Positions 39,911-48,542 of a stretch of 64,000 bases of DNA are shown one piece after another. The DNA comes from Dehalococcoidia bacterium (GTDB lineage Bacteria > Chloroflexota > Dehalococcoidia > Tepidiformales > Tepidiformaceae). The number at the start of each line of letters is the position of its first letter. Position 1 is the stretch's first letter. Under the pieces are notes generated by a model. That model was not told the origin of the DNA, made no database searches, and was given only the letters and a program-made list of their open reading frames with translations. The position numbers and the translations under genes were made by a program. The stretch is from assembly GCA_050185215.1 (NCBI GenBank), contig JBFWZP010000012.1, positions 11,439 through 75,438 of the forward strand. Reading direction: 5' to 3'.

Positions 39911-40465
39911 ATGTCACGTATCCGGCCGCTTTCACAGGATGAGGCACATGAGGATGCCCGCGGGGCGTTCGATCAGGATATGCGCCGCTTCGGTCTCGTC
40001 CTGAACCCCACGGGCGTCCTTGCGTACCGTCCTCCGGTCCTGGCCGCTGCCCGCGCCCTGGGCGCCTCGGTTGGCAAAGGCGGCGTCCTCGAACCCGAAC
40101 TCCGGATACTCGTCTGCGTCCGCGTCGCCTCGCTGGTCGGATGCCCATTCTGAGTGGACATTAATGCTGCCGGCGGCAGCAAACTCGGCATATCCGACGA
40201 AAAGATCGCTGACCTCGCTAACTACGCCAGCAGCTCCCACTACTCTGAGCGCGAGCGCACCGCCCTCGAACTGGCCGACGCGATGTCGGCGGCAGCCGTC
40301 GAGGTATCGGACGAGCTCTTTTCACGCCTCCGAGGGCACTTCGATGAAGCTGAACTCGTGGAACTCTCAGCAACTGCTGCCATGGAGAACTTCCGCGCCC
40401 GCTTCAACCGCGTCTTCCAGATCGAGCCGAACGCGCTTTACTGCCCGATCGATGGCAGCAAGTAA
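39911..40465 (+). CDS. carboxymuconolactone decarboxylase (CMD)/AhpD-like protein with an in-frame TGA at 40151-40153: candidate selenoprotein (C-P-F-U), otherwise a nonsense pseudogene
   Basis: ORFs 39806..40153 and 40154..40465 are in the same frame and separated only by TGA. GGAGGA precedes the ATG at 39911. The joined product (about 184 aa) reads ...RILVCVRVASLVGCPF[TGA]VDINAAGGSKLGISDEKI...ERERTALELADAM..., with the TGA at the second Cys of the family's CxxC motif. Confidence 0.6.
40165..40181 (+). promoter_or_regulatory. candidate bacterial SECIS-like hairpin
   Basis: TGCTGCC-GGC-GGCAGCA forms a perfect 7-bp stem with a G-rich apical loop. It starts 11 nt after the in-frame TGA. Confidence 0.45.
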
Positions 40466-40510
40466 TCTACTGGGGTCAATCCGAAATCGGAAATCAACGA
40501 TCCGAAATCG

Positions 40511-41527
40511 CTAGAGTCCCTTGTCCACCAGGAAGCTGCAGAGGTCGCTGATTCGGCACGCGTAGCCCCACTCGTTGTCGTACCAGGCAGCCACCTTCAC
40601 CAGGTTGCCCCCAACGACGTTGGTTGACATACCGTCGACGATGCTCGATCGCTCGTCGCCCTTCATGTCCATCGAAACCACCGGGTCCATCGTGAAGCCG
40701 AGGATGCCCTTCATCTTCTCGCCCGAGGTCTCGCGGAGGATGTTGTTTAGTTCGTCCTTCGTCGTGTCCTTCTCGGTCAGTGCGACCACTTCGACGATCG
40801 AGACCGTTGGCGTTGGCACGCGATACGCGAGCCCATCGAGAATCCCGTCGACTTCCGGGATCACCAGCCGCAAAGCCTTCGCCGCGCCGGTGGAAGTGGG
40901 CACGATGTTGAGGCCGCCCGCGCGCATCTCCCGCATGTCGCTCCCGGCCGCCTTGTCCAGGATCTGCTGGCTGTTCGTATAGCTGTGGATCGTCGTCATC
41001 TGGCCTTTTTGCATGCCCAGGTTGTCGACGATCACCTTCACCACCGGGGCGAGGCCGTTGGTTGTGCAGCTCGCGTTCGAAACGACGTGATGAGCCGCCG
41101 GGTTGTACTTGTCCGCATTCACCCCGAGGACGATCGTGAAGTCCTCGTTTTTGGCGGGAGCACTGATAACTACCTTTTTCACGGAATCACGCCGATGCGC
41201 CACGGCCTTCGTGGCATCGGTGAACAGGCCGGTGGATTCCACGACGATATCGGCGCCGACACTCCCCCAAGGGATTGCTCCCGGATCGCGCTCCGAAAAC
41301 ACCTTGATCGCCCGCCCATCGACGACGATAGCGTCGGACTCCGAGCGAATTTCTTTGTGCCAGCGGCCATAGTTGCTGTCGTACTTCAACAAGTTCGCGT
41401 TCACATCGGTCGCAACGAGGTCGTTGATGGCAACGACTTCAAGTTTGCCCGGGTAGCGGTCGGTGATTGCTTTCAGAACCTGGCGCCCGATGCGCCCGAA
41501 ACCGTTGATGCCAACCTTCGTCACCAC
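40511..41527 (-). CDS. gap: type I glyceraldehyde-3-phosphate dehydrogenase
   Basis: The product shows VGINGFGRIGR, the active site SNASCTTNGLAP, and WYDNEWGY. The GTG start is preceded by GGAGG. Confidence 0.95.
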   Translation of the reverse strand: MVTKVGINGFGRIGRQVLKAITDRYPGKLEVVAINDLVATDVNANLLKYDSNYGRWHKEIRSESDAIVVDGRAIKVFSERDPGAIPWGSVGADIVVESTGLFTDATKAVAHRRDSVKKVVISAPAKNEDFTIVLGVNADKYNPAAHHVVSNASCTTNGLAPVVKVIVDNLGMQKGQMTTIHSYTNSQQILDKAAGSDMREMRAGGLNIVPTSTGAAKALRLVIPEVDGILDGLAYRVPTPTVSIVEVVALTEKDTTKDELNNILRETSGEKMKGILGFTMDPVVSMDMKGDERSSIVDGMSTNVVGGNLVKVAAWYDNEWGYACRISDLCSFLVDKGL

Positions 41528-41867
41528 GTCAGTAAACCTCCAGAACGCGACTAAGCCTACGTATCGTCTCTTAACAGGCTACATCCTGCACGCTTCCGTT
41601 GCTGTCGAGCGAACGTGACGTTGGTCACTCTGAGATTGTTTTGCGACATCACCAGCGGTTCCGGACGAAATAAACCTCCCGTGGCACAGGTGTTCGTCGT
41701 CCGGCCGCGGGCGTGGCCGCGCGCCCGCCCGAAACCTGTTGGTCACTTTTCTGATGGATCGATAGGTCTGCGCTATGGGTTTTGGAAGATCCATCGGCAA
41801 GTCGCAATAGCTGGCAATTTCGCTTTCTCCGAATCTGGATCTAGCCACAGGAAGGGAGACCTGAGAA

Positions 41868-41978
41868 ATGAACAAGCGAATTGTTGTGTGCCCCAACTGC
41901 GATCTGCACTTCACGAGCGCCCGGGAAAAGACGTACTGCCCGGGATGCCACCAGATGGTGGAAGCAGTCGCCGCTTAA
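41868..41978 (+). CDS. possible 36-aa zinc-ribbon micro-protein
   Basis: The sequence is MNKRIVVCPNCDLHFTSAREKTYCPGCHQMVEAVAA, with two CxxC pairs. GGAAGGGAGA lies 8-17 nt upstream of the ATG. It is too short for the ORF track. There is no homology evidence. Confidence 0.35.
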   Translation: MNKRIVVCPNCDLHFTSAREKTYCPGCHQMVEAVAA

Positions 41979-41989
41979 GCAAAACCCGG

Positions 41990-42922
41990 TTAGCTCTTCA
42001 CGAAGAGTGATCGAATGCCGCCCGTGATGCGCTCGCGCCACGGGCGGTTGTCTTTGGGTTCATTGTCGAATTCGCCGCTGCGCACCTTTGGATACTCCGA
42101 AGCCACCTGGGCGCCGAAGAGCATGATGTTTGAACTCAGGTTCACCCACAGAAGCAGGCCCACGCCAGCGCCCAGCGTCCCGAGAACCGCGTCGTAATTG
42201 CCGAAATTCCGCAGGTAGAACGAAAACCCGAACTTGGCAGCTTCGAACAGCACAGTCGCTACGGCCGCCCCGGGCCACACATCCCCCAGTCCCAGCCGGG
42301 TCGCAGGCACAATCCAGTAAAGCGTCAGGAACGCCGCGAATGAAAGCAGGGTGGAAATGCCAATCGTCGCCAGTGACCAGGCAGCGGACTGGCTCGCGAT
42401 GATTTCCACCACGGGCACGTCATCCAGCGCCGACCGGGCGAATGTGGCGATACCGGTCAGGACAATCGAGCCGATGAAGAATGGCGCCAGCGCAAGAACC
42501 ATTCCAAGGTCCAGCAACTTCTGCTGCACCACTGGCCGCGGCGCATCGACGTTGTAGGCGATATTGATCGACCGCCGGATTGCCCCGAACAGGGAGCTGG
42601 CGCTCCAGGCCGTGAGCAGCAGTCCCGCGCCACCGATCACACCTGAGGACGGCTGTCCGAGCCCCGCGACCAGGTCCTGCAGGTCGCTTCGCCCCTGGAC
42701 CGCGTCCAACGGCACGGCATCGAGGATCGCGTCCACGAGGTCCTTTTGCAGGTTCGCATCCCGCAGTACGAGCCCGGTTATGCCGCTGACGAACAGGAGC
42801 AGCGGGAATATGGCGAAAAGCGCGTAGTACGAGATCCCCGCCGCGAGGTGGGTGCAGTGGTCCTGTGAGAATTCCTTTGCCGACCGGCGCACAAGGATGA
42901 GCAATCGCCGGCCATTGAGCAT
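41990..42922 (-). CDS. YihY/BrkB-family inner membrane protein
   Basis: From the internal ATG the product reads MLNGRRLLILVRRSAKEFSQDHCTHLAAGISYYALFAIFPLLL, followed by six hydrophobic helices. The upstream 102 codons of the ORF are Gly/Arg-rich and unlikely to be coding. Confidence 0.8.
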   Translation of the reverse strand: MLNGRRLLILVRRSAKEFSQDHCTHLAAGISYYALFAIFPLLLFVSGITGLVLRDANLQKDLVDAILDAVPLDAVQGRSDLQDLVAGLGQPSSGVIGGAGLLLTAWSASSLFGAIRRSINIAYNVDAPRPVVQQKLLDLGMVLALAPFFIGSIVLTGIATFARSALDDVPVVEIIASQSAAWSLATIGISTLLSFAAFLTLYWIVPATRLGLGDVWPGAAVATVLFEAAKFGFSFYLRNFGNYDAVLGTLGAGVGLLLWVNLSSNIMLFGAQVASEYPKVRSGEFDNEPKDNRPWRERITGGIRSLFVKS

Positions 42923-43014
42923 CAGTACCTCAGAAATCGGATGGTGTGACGGCTGAAAAGTCGAGCCGCCTCCTTTCATTTTGAACGTAGCTGTCAACCG
43001 TCGAGCGCCAGCGA

Positions 43015-43716
43015 TCAGCCTCGACCCGAACTCGGCCAGTCCCGCAACACGACGGGCTGCATGTCCCCCGGCGCTGCGACTGCCGGCTCTTCCGTAGATT
43101 CGGCTACCGCCGCTCCCCATGCCGCGAAGTAGGCCCGCAAACCTAGCGCCTTCGCCGCCTCGATATCGAACCGATCGGAGGCGGTGTAGGCCGAACGCAC
43201 TGGTTCCGCCTCCAGGAACGTCAGGCACTGCTGGATCCTCGCGCCCGCATCCCAGCGCTCCCCTGCGGGTGTGGCAGCCACGACCGCGAGGAAACGGTCG
43301 AGGCCGGTGCTCTGCACCTGCTTCACCGAGAGCGAATGCGGTAACCGGGAGATCGCGCCCAACTCGATCCTCTCGCCCCGGAGGGCATCGAGCGCCATCC
43401 CGACCCCTTCATGCACCAGGAGCTTCTTCATCGCGCTGCGACCGAACATCGTCGCGCAGAGGTCTTCGCACCGCATCGCGTCATCCGGCTCGGGGATCAG
43501 GATGCGTAATGCGTCCCGCCACGGCCGGGTGTGGTACTCGTCCACCAGCTCGCCGGCGTCCAGGCGTCGTCCCATCGCCGCCGCTATCGATTCTTCGATG
43601 CAGTATCGCCATGCGTTGCGCGAATCGATGAGGCAGCGGTCGAGGTCGAAGATTATTGCCCGCGGGTGCGGCCGGAGGCCGCCAGCCAGGCCCACGGCTA
43701 GCCCCCGAGGCCGCAC
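43015..43716 (-). CDS. HAD-superfamily hydrolase
   Basis: Motif I is AIIFDLDRCLIDS near the N-terminus. The start is GTG at 43716 or GTG at 43695. Confidence 0.7.
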   Translation of the reverse strand: MRPRGLAVGLAGGLRPHPRAIIFDLDRCLIDSRNAWRYCIEESIAAAMGRRLDAGELVDEYHTRPWRDALRILIPEPDDAMRCEDLCATMFGRSAMKKLLVHEGVGMALDALRGERIELGAISRLPHSLSVKQVQSTGLDRFLAVVAATPAGERWDAGARIQQCLTFLEAEPVRSAYTASDRFDIEAAKALGLRAYFAAWGAAVAESTEEPAVAAPGDMQPVVLRDWPSSGRG

Positions 43717-44312
43717 CGTTTGCGAGCGGCCTGGTATTCCTCAGGGGTGTTGAAGCCGAGGTCGAGGAGATCGCCCGCGTCCACTTCGCCGACTTCCGAA
43801 GCATGCGCACGAAGGACCGCGTGCAGGCCTTCCGTCTCGTCAGTCACGCCCATCAACTCCTCGCGCAGCCGGCCCGAGGCGACCACCGGGTGGCCCCGGC
43901 TGCCATTGTGCACCGGCCGCGTGATTGCACTTTCCGGCCGGTGGCCGGCAATCAGCGTCCGCAGGAACGAGGCTGGCCGAGGGCTATCGATATCCGCGAT
44001 GACGATCGCGTCGGCATCGCGAGACACCGCCTTGGCGCCAATGCGGAGCGATCCCGCGCGGCCATGCTGGTAGCGCGGGTTCAACATCGTTCGGCAGTCC
44101 AGGGCCTTCATTCGCCGCGAAACGCTGTCGGCCTTGTGCCCCAGCACGACGATTACCTCATCGCAGCCCGCTTCCTTGAGTTGCCGCACCTGATAGCAGA
44201 CGAGCGGTTCGCCATCCCAATCGAGAAGAGCTTTTGTTTCGCCCATCCGGGTGGACATGCCAGCTGCAAGGAGTATCGCGGAGATCACGGAGTTCGAGTC
44301 TAGGCCAGCCAT
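43698..44312 (-). CDS. MobA/MocA-like nucleotidyltransferase (molybdenum cofactor cytidylyl/guanylyl-transferase family)
   Basis: The product reads SAILLAAGMSTRMGETKALL...G.PLV.....L...G.DEVIVVLG. Confidence 0.7.
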   Translation of the reverse strand: MAGLDSNSVISAILLAAGMSTRMGETKALLDWDGEPLVCYQVRQLKEAGCDEVIVVLGHKADSVSRRMKALDCRTMLNPRYQHGRAGSLRIGAKAVSRDADAIVIADIDSPRPASFLRTLIAGHRPESAITRPVHNGSRGHPVVASGRLREELMGVTDETEGLHAVLRAHASEVGEVDAGDLLDLGFNTPEEYQAARKRCGLGG

Positions 44313-44333
44313 TGGCTACTCGCCATTGGACCG

Positions 44334-44915
44334 TCAAGCCTGCGAAAGGTTCAACCGGACCAGGGGCCGGCCTTTCGCCTGCCGCGCGACCTCCGTGAAG
44401 CCCGCCGCGAGGAACACCGGTAGCAACCCGACATAGGCGGCGTCGGCCGAGGGACGCCCGTCCGCCAGGTCTTTCGGGTAGGCTTCGAGGATAGTGGCGC
44501 CGTTCGCCTGCGCCTGTTCAATGGCTGCGGCGAGTAGCCGGCCCATGGCTCCCATCCCGCGAAAATCCCTGTGCACGAAGAAGCACACCACCGACCACAC
44601 CTCAGCGTCGTCGATCCTTCGCGCCGCCTTCGATCGTTCGAGCCTCGGGTAGGCAGCTCGTGCTTGCACCGCTACCCAGCCCGCGGGGGCGCCGCCCGCG
44701 TAGAGGATGAGCCCCGGCACGTTGCCTGAACTCACGAGCTCGCACATCGCCCGTTTGTTCGGCTCGCCCCGGCTGGCCTCGTACTCCTTCCCGGTCTGCC
44801 GGAACCACATGCACCAGCAGCCACCGTATCCGCCCGCCCGCCCAAACAGCTGCTCGAAATCGCTCCAGCGTTCGGGCGTCAATGCGTGCACGGTCCATTC
44901 GACGGAATCGGGCAT
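44334..44915 (-). CDS. GNAT-family N-acetyltransferase
   Basis: The acetyl-CoA binding region is VCFFVHRDFRGMGAMGRLLAAAIEQAQANGATILEAYP. Confidence 0.75.
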   Translation of the reverse strand: MPDSVEWTVHALTPERWSDFEQLFGRAGGYGGCWCMWFRQTGKEYEASRGEPNKRAMCELVSSGNVPGLILYAGGAPAGWVAVQARAAYPRLERSKAARRIDDAEVWSVVCFFVHRDFRGMGAMGRLLAAAIEQAQANGATILEAYPKDLADGRPSADAAYVGLLPVFLAAGFTEVARQAKGRPLVRLNLSQA

Positions 44916-44952
44916 CTCGAAGGGTGAACGGGCGAGCCGCCGATCCGTAACG

Positions 44953-46104
44953 TTACCGCGCCGAATAAACGATTTCGCCGCCCTTGATAACGTGCTTCAC
45001 GTGCTGGAGCGCGCCGAGATCCCTCGTTGGATCGCCCTCCACCACCAGCACATCGGCCAGTCTTCCGGGTGCGAGCACTCCCCGATCCTTGAGTTCCAGC
45101 AACTCGGCCGAGCGGCTCGTTGCCAGCTTGAGAATCTCCACTGCCGGGTAACCGGTGGCTTCTTGCAGGACCTCCATCCCGCCACCAAGCGCCTCGTGCG
45201 GGACGTTTGGTATGCCGCAGTCGGTGCTCATCAGCACCCGGCAGCCGCCGTCGAGGAGCGCCTTCAATACGCGCCCGCGTTGCTCCTTCCGGCCATCGTC
45301 GGGCCAGTTCCGGAAGCCCACCGACACAGTGGGCGAAACCAGGATGCCCTTCGCGGCAATCTTCCCAATGAGGTCCTCGTCGAACTCGTAGCCTCCCGGC
45401 GTTGTGAACGAACAGTGCTCGATGCAGTCCACACCGGCTTCGGTCGCAACCCGGATGCCCTCGATGCCGTGGGCGTGCGCGGCCACGCGCCGTCGGAGCC
45501 TGTGAGCCTCTTCGATGCAGGCTCGAAGCTCGTCGACAGTGAACTGCGCCTCGAAGGTATTCGTCCTTGGGGTCATGTTGCCGCCGGTTGCCATCACCTT
45601 GATCCAGTCCGTGCCGGCCTTCACATGCTCGCGGACCTGGCGCCGCACGCCGAGCTCGCCATCGCACTCGCCGCCCATGAACCAGCAGTGGCCCCCGGTC
45701 GTCGTGATCGGCGCCCCCGCGACTAGCAGCCGAGGGCCCTCGGTCAGCCCCGCGGCGACGCTCTCGCGAAGCTCAATCCCGAGATCGGTCGGGGACCCAA
45801 GGTCGCGGACCGTTGTGATCCCCGCCCGGAGCATCCGCCTCCCGTAACCGGCCATGCGGAGCAGCATCCGCGCCGGCGTATCGGTGTCGTAGGTGGTTCT
45901 CCACCCCGGGGTGGTGTCGAAACACAGGTGCGCATGGCCCTCGATGAGGCCCGGCATCACCGTGCAACCTGAGACGTCCAGCGTCTCACCGGGGCCACCA
46001 TCTGAATCGGGCAGCGTGTTGCCATCGAGCGCAAGAGGGCGTTCCTCGGCCGTGGCGCCGAGCCCGTCCCAGATCAGTCCACCACGAAGTATCAACCTGC
46101 TCAT
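44953..46104 (-). CDS. amidohydrolase-family metallohydrolase
   Basis: The product shows LILRGG.IWDG...VMPGLIEGHAHL and later histidines (AHAHG, IEHC) typical of the amidohydrolase superfamily. Confidence 0.8.
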   Translation of the reverse strand: MSRLILRGGLIWDGLGATAEERPLALDGNTLPDSDGGPGETLDVSGCTVMPGLIEGHAHLCFDTTPGWRTTYDTDTPARMLLRMAGYGRRMLRAGITTVRDLGSPTDLGIELRESVAAGLTEGPRLLVAGAPITTTGGHCWFMGGECDGELGVRRQVREHVKAGTDWIKVMATGGNMTPRTNTFEAQFTVDELRACIEEAHRLRRRVAAHAHGIEGIRVATEAGVDCIEHCSFTTPGGYEFDEDLIGKIAAKGILVSPTVSVGFRNWPDDGRKEQRGRVLKALLDGGCRVLMSTDCGIPNVPHEALGGGMEVLQEATGYPAVEILKLATSRSAELLELKDRGVLAPGRLADVLVVEGDPTRDLGALQHVKHVIKGGEIVYSAR

Positions 46105-46141
46105 CGGGCCGAATTCTACGCAGACGTGGCACCATGGGCGC

Positions 46142-46870
46142 GTGGAGCCCTGGATCGATACGCATGTGCACTGGGATCGCTACTCGGAACCCGAGCAATC
46201 AGTGATGCTTTCCCGCGCCGTCGAAGCCGAAGTCGGCTTCATCTCCGTGGGCGTCGACGTCGCATCTTCTACGCGCCTCCTTGCCCGCAAGGGTGCCCTC
46301 GGCGTGTGCGTCGGCGTCCACCCGCGGAATGTGGGCCAGCCTTTCGAGCATGAGCTTCGCGAACTGGCGGCACACCCTTCAGTGGTCGCGATCGGCGAGT
46401 GCGGCTTCGATGCCGAAGGTGCGTCTGCAGAGGCGCAGCTTGCGGCCTTCCACGTCCAGTGCAGGCTCGCCCGCGAAAGGAACCTCCCGCTCGTGCTGCA
46501 CATCGATGGCGCGGGTTGCTTCGAACGATTTGCCGAACACTATGGCGAAGTCGATGGGCTTCACCTGGTCCGGCACTACTTCATCGGGGATCAGGCCCAG
46601 GCTGATTGGCATCGCGACCGCGGACACTACCTCTCATTCGGTAATCCTCTACGCCGCTCGCCGGACCTTCGGGAGGTCGCGCGCCACTACCCCGAGCACC
46701 TGCTCCTCATCGAAACCGATAGTTACCCGCTTCCGAACAGGAACACCGAGCCCGCTCACGTCGTCAAGGTCGGCGAAACGCTCGCTCTCCTCAGGGACTG
46801 GCGATTCGCCCAGGCCCGGGAAATCCTGGCCGCCAACACGCGTGCGGCCTTCCCGGCGCTCGCTCTTTAG
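46142..46870 (+). CDS. TatD-family metal-dependent hydrolase
   Basis: A GTG start gives (M)EPWIDTHVHWD... followed by GVHP, IGECGFD and LVLHIDGA motifs. The ORF-track start at 45893 lies inside the divergent amidohydrolase gene. Confidence 0.75.
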   Translation: MEPWIDTHVHWDRYSEPEQSVMLSRAVEAEVGFISVGVDVASSTRLLARKGALGVCVGVHPRNVGQPFEHELRELAAHPSVVAIGECGFDAEGASAEAQLAAFHVQCRLARERNLPLVLHIDGAGCFERFAEHYGEVDGLHLVRHYFIGDQAQADWHRDRGHYLSFGNPLRRSPDLREVARHYPEHLLLIETDSYPLPNRNTEPAHVVKVGETLALLRDWRFAQAREILAANTRAAFPALAL

Positions 46871-46873
46871 AGA

Positions 46874-47806
46874 CTACTTCTCGAAGGTGTTCTCGACGCC
46901 ATAGTCAGCGGCAAGCAGCGCGAGGAAGTCCTTAATCGGCGGCGCCAGGATCCGCCCTCGAAGAACATGAACGCCGACCTCTCGTTGGGCCGGCTGTTCC
47001 ATCTCGTTTATCTCCACCTGCACCAGCGTGCCAGTTTCCAACTCCCGCTTGATCGAGATCTCTGGAAGGATGCTCACTCCCAGGCCGGCTTCTACCAGGT
47101 ATTTGGTGGCCTCCATCAGGTCCAGCTCCATAACTGATTCGGGCACGACTCCGGCTCGCAGGAACATGCTGTAAATCAGGCTGTGGTAGCTCGATCCGCG
47201 CTCGAAGAACAGGAACGGCTCCTTGCCGACTTCTGCGATGGTCGCGTGCCGTTTCTTCGCAAACGGATGGCTTGGAGCCACGACCAGCGCCAGGTCGTCG
47301 TTGTAGAGGTGGAGTGCATCCACTTCCGGGTGCTGGCTCAGCCGCGTCACGGCTACATGAATCTCCCCCGCCAGGAGTTTGTCGATCTGGTCTTCTGTTT
47401 GGCCCGTGGTCATATGGACATGCACACGGGGGCGCTGCTCGCGGAACTGCTTGAGCACGCGCGGCAGCACGTATGTCGCGATGGACGAGCTCGCCCCGAT
47501 CCGGACGTTGCCAATATCCCCGTGACGGACCGCTTCGATCGCGTCGGTGCCTTCCTGCACGGCGGTGAGTGCCCGCTGCGCATGCGGCATGAATGCATGC
47601 CCGGCGTCGGTGAGCGTTACACTCCGGCCCGTGCGCTCGAATAGCCGGTCACCAATTTCGCGTTCGAGCGACTGGATGCGCGCCGTTACGGATGGCTGGG
47701 TGAGGAAGAGGGACTCGGCCGCGCGGCTAAACGATCGGTGGTGGGCCACCTGGATGAAGGCTTCGAGCTGGGCGAGTTCCAAGAGTGCTCCTACCGGGGC
47801 TTGCAC
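46874..47806 (-). CDS. LysR-family transcriptional regulator
   Basis: The N-terminal wHTH reads LELAQLEAFIQVAHHRSFSRAAESLFLTQPSVTARIQSLEREIG. The 310-aa length fits the family. Confidence 0.9.
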   Translation of the reverse strand: MQAPVGALLELAQLEAFIQVAHHRSFSRAAESLFLTQPSVTARIQSLEREIGDRLFERTGRSVTLTDAGHAFMPHAQRALTAVQEGTDAIEAVRHGDIGNVRIGASSSIATYVLPRVLKQFREQRPRVHVHMTTGQTEDQIDKLLAGEIHVAVTRLSQHPEVDALHLYNDDLALVVAPSHPFAKKRHATIAEVGKEPFLFFERGSSYHSLIYSMFLRAGVVPESVMELDLMEATKYLVEAGLGVSILPEISIKRELETGTLVQVEINEMEQPAQREVGVHVLRGRILAPPIKDFLALLAADYGVENTFEK

Positions 47807-47821
47807 CCGGGATGCTGGTGG

Positions 47822-48061
47822 TTAGCGAAAGAAGTTCGCATTGATTTCGATGAAGCGCCGCTGGTCTTCCGCGAGGTCGTTCTCGTCGTGAATCGCACTC
47901 ACCGGACAGGCCAGTTCGCAGGCCGCACAGTCTATACATTGATCCGGGTTGATGTAGTACTGGTCCGCCTCATCTGTCGTGTGGATGCAATCCACCGGGC
48001 AAACGTCTACGCACGAGGCATCTTTCACGCCGATACACGGCTCGGTGATGATGTAAGGCAC
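47822..48061 (-). CDS. 7Fe-type ferredoxin (3Fe-4S plus 4Fe-4S)
   Basis: The product reads MPYIITEPCIGVKDASCVDVCPVDCIH...CIDCAACELACPVSAI. Confidence 0.88.
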   Translation of the reverse strand: MPYIITEPCIGVKDASCVDVCPVDCIHTTDEADQYYINPDQCIDCAACELACPVSAIHDENDLAEDQRRFIEINANFFR

Positions 48062-48075
48062 GGGCGCGGCTCCTG

Positions 48076-48393
48076 TTACTGCGTATCCAGACGGACTCCA
48101 AGTTTATACACAACCACGTCGCCTTCCACTCGCGCCTGGCACGCCAACCGCAATCGCGGATCCTGCACCGAAGTCTGCCCCCGCTGGCGGATGAGATTCG
48201 CGCGTTCGAAGCGGCCCATCTTGCTCAATCGGCCAACACCCGAGACCACGTCCATCGCACAGTTGGTGCATTCTCCATTCCGGTTGCAGCCCACCGGCCA
48301 CCAGTAGCCGGCGGCGTTCGCGGCATCCATCACGGTCTCGTTCGCCGGGGTTTCGAACTCGATGTCGAGTGGTTCCACACGCACGCGGGGCAT
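48076..48393 (-). CDS. 2Fe-2S ferredoxin-domain protein
   Basis: The Cys pattern is C-x5-C-x2-C (GCNRNGECTNCAM) plus a distal LACQ. Confidence 0.7.
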   Translation of the reverse strand: MPRVRVEPLDIEFETPANETVMDAANAAGYWWPVGCNRNGECTNCAMDVVSGVGRLSKMGRFERANLIRQRGQTSVQDPRLRLACQARVEGDVVVYKLGVRLDTQ

Positions 48394-48542
48394 GAATCCA
48401 TTGTGGATTCCGCGGTTTGGCCTGTCGATCGCCCGTTTCCGGCGCGGATTTCAGGAGGTTTTGCCGCCGGTTTACTCCTCTCTGACGTTCCTACGCGGTT
48501 CTAACGGTTCCATTGTGCGGCGCCCCCGAGACGAGGTTTGTG

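Noticed and set aside
39806-40465. The two track ORFs treated as separate genes of 115 and 103 aa.
   Set aside because: They share a frame and are separated by a single TGA. Neither half is a complete CMD-family domain. The second 'start' is just the GTG codon immediately after the stop. I treat them as one gene, either a Sec candidate or a nonsense pseudogene.
41990-43228. Long 5' extensions of track ORFs. This applies to YihY 41990..43228, topA 60178..62961, the YYY protein 29384..34240, efp 54328..55104, ispF 17515.. and TatD 45893...
   Set aside because: The extensions overlap neighbouring genes or translate to Arg/Gly-rich sequence. The conserved family N-termini begin at internal start codons, usually with a Shine-Dalgarno.
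43698-44312. The 'MobA-like' gene as a plasmid mobilisation function.
   Set aside because: The similarity is to the MobA/MocA molybdenum-cofactor nucleotidyltransferase fold (LLAAGMSTRMG), not to relaxases.
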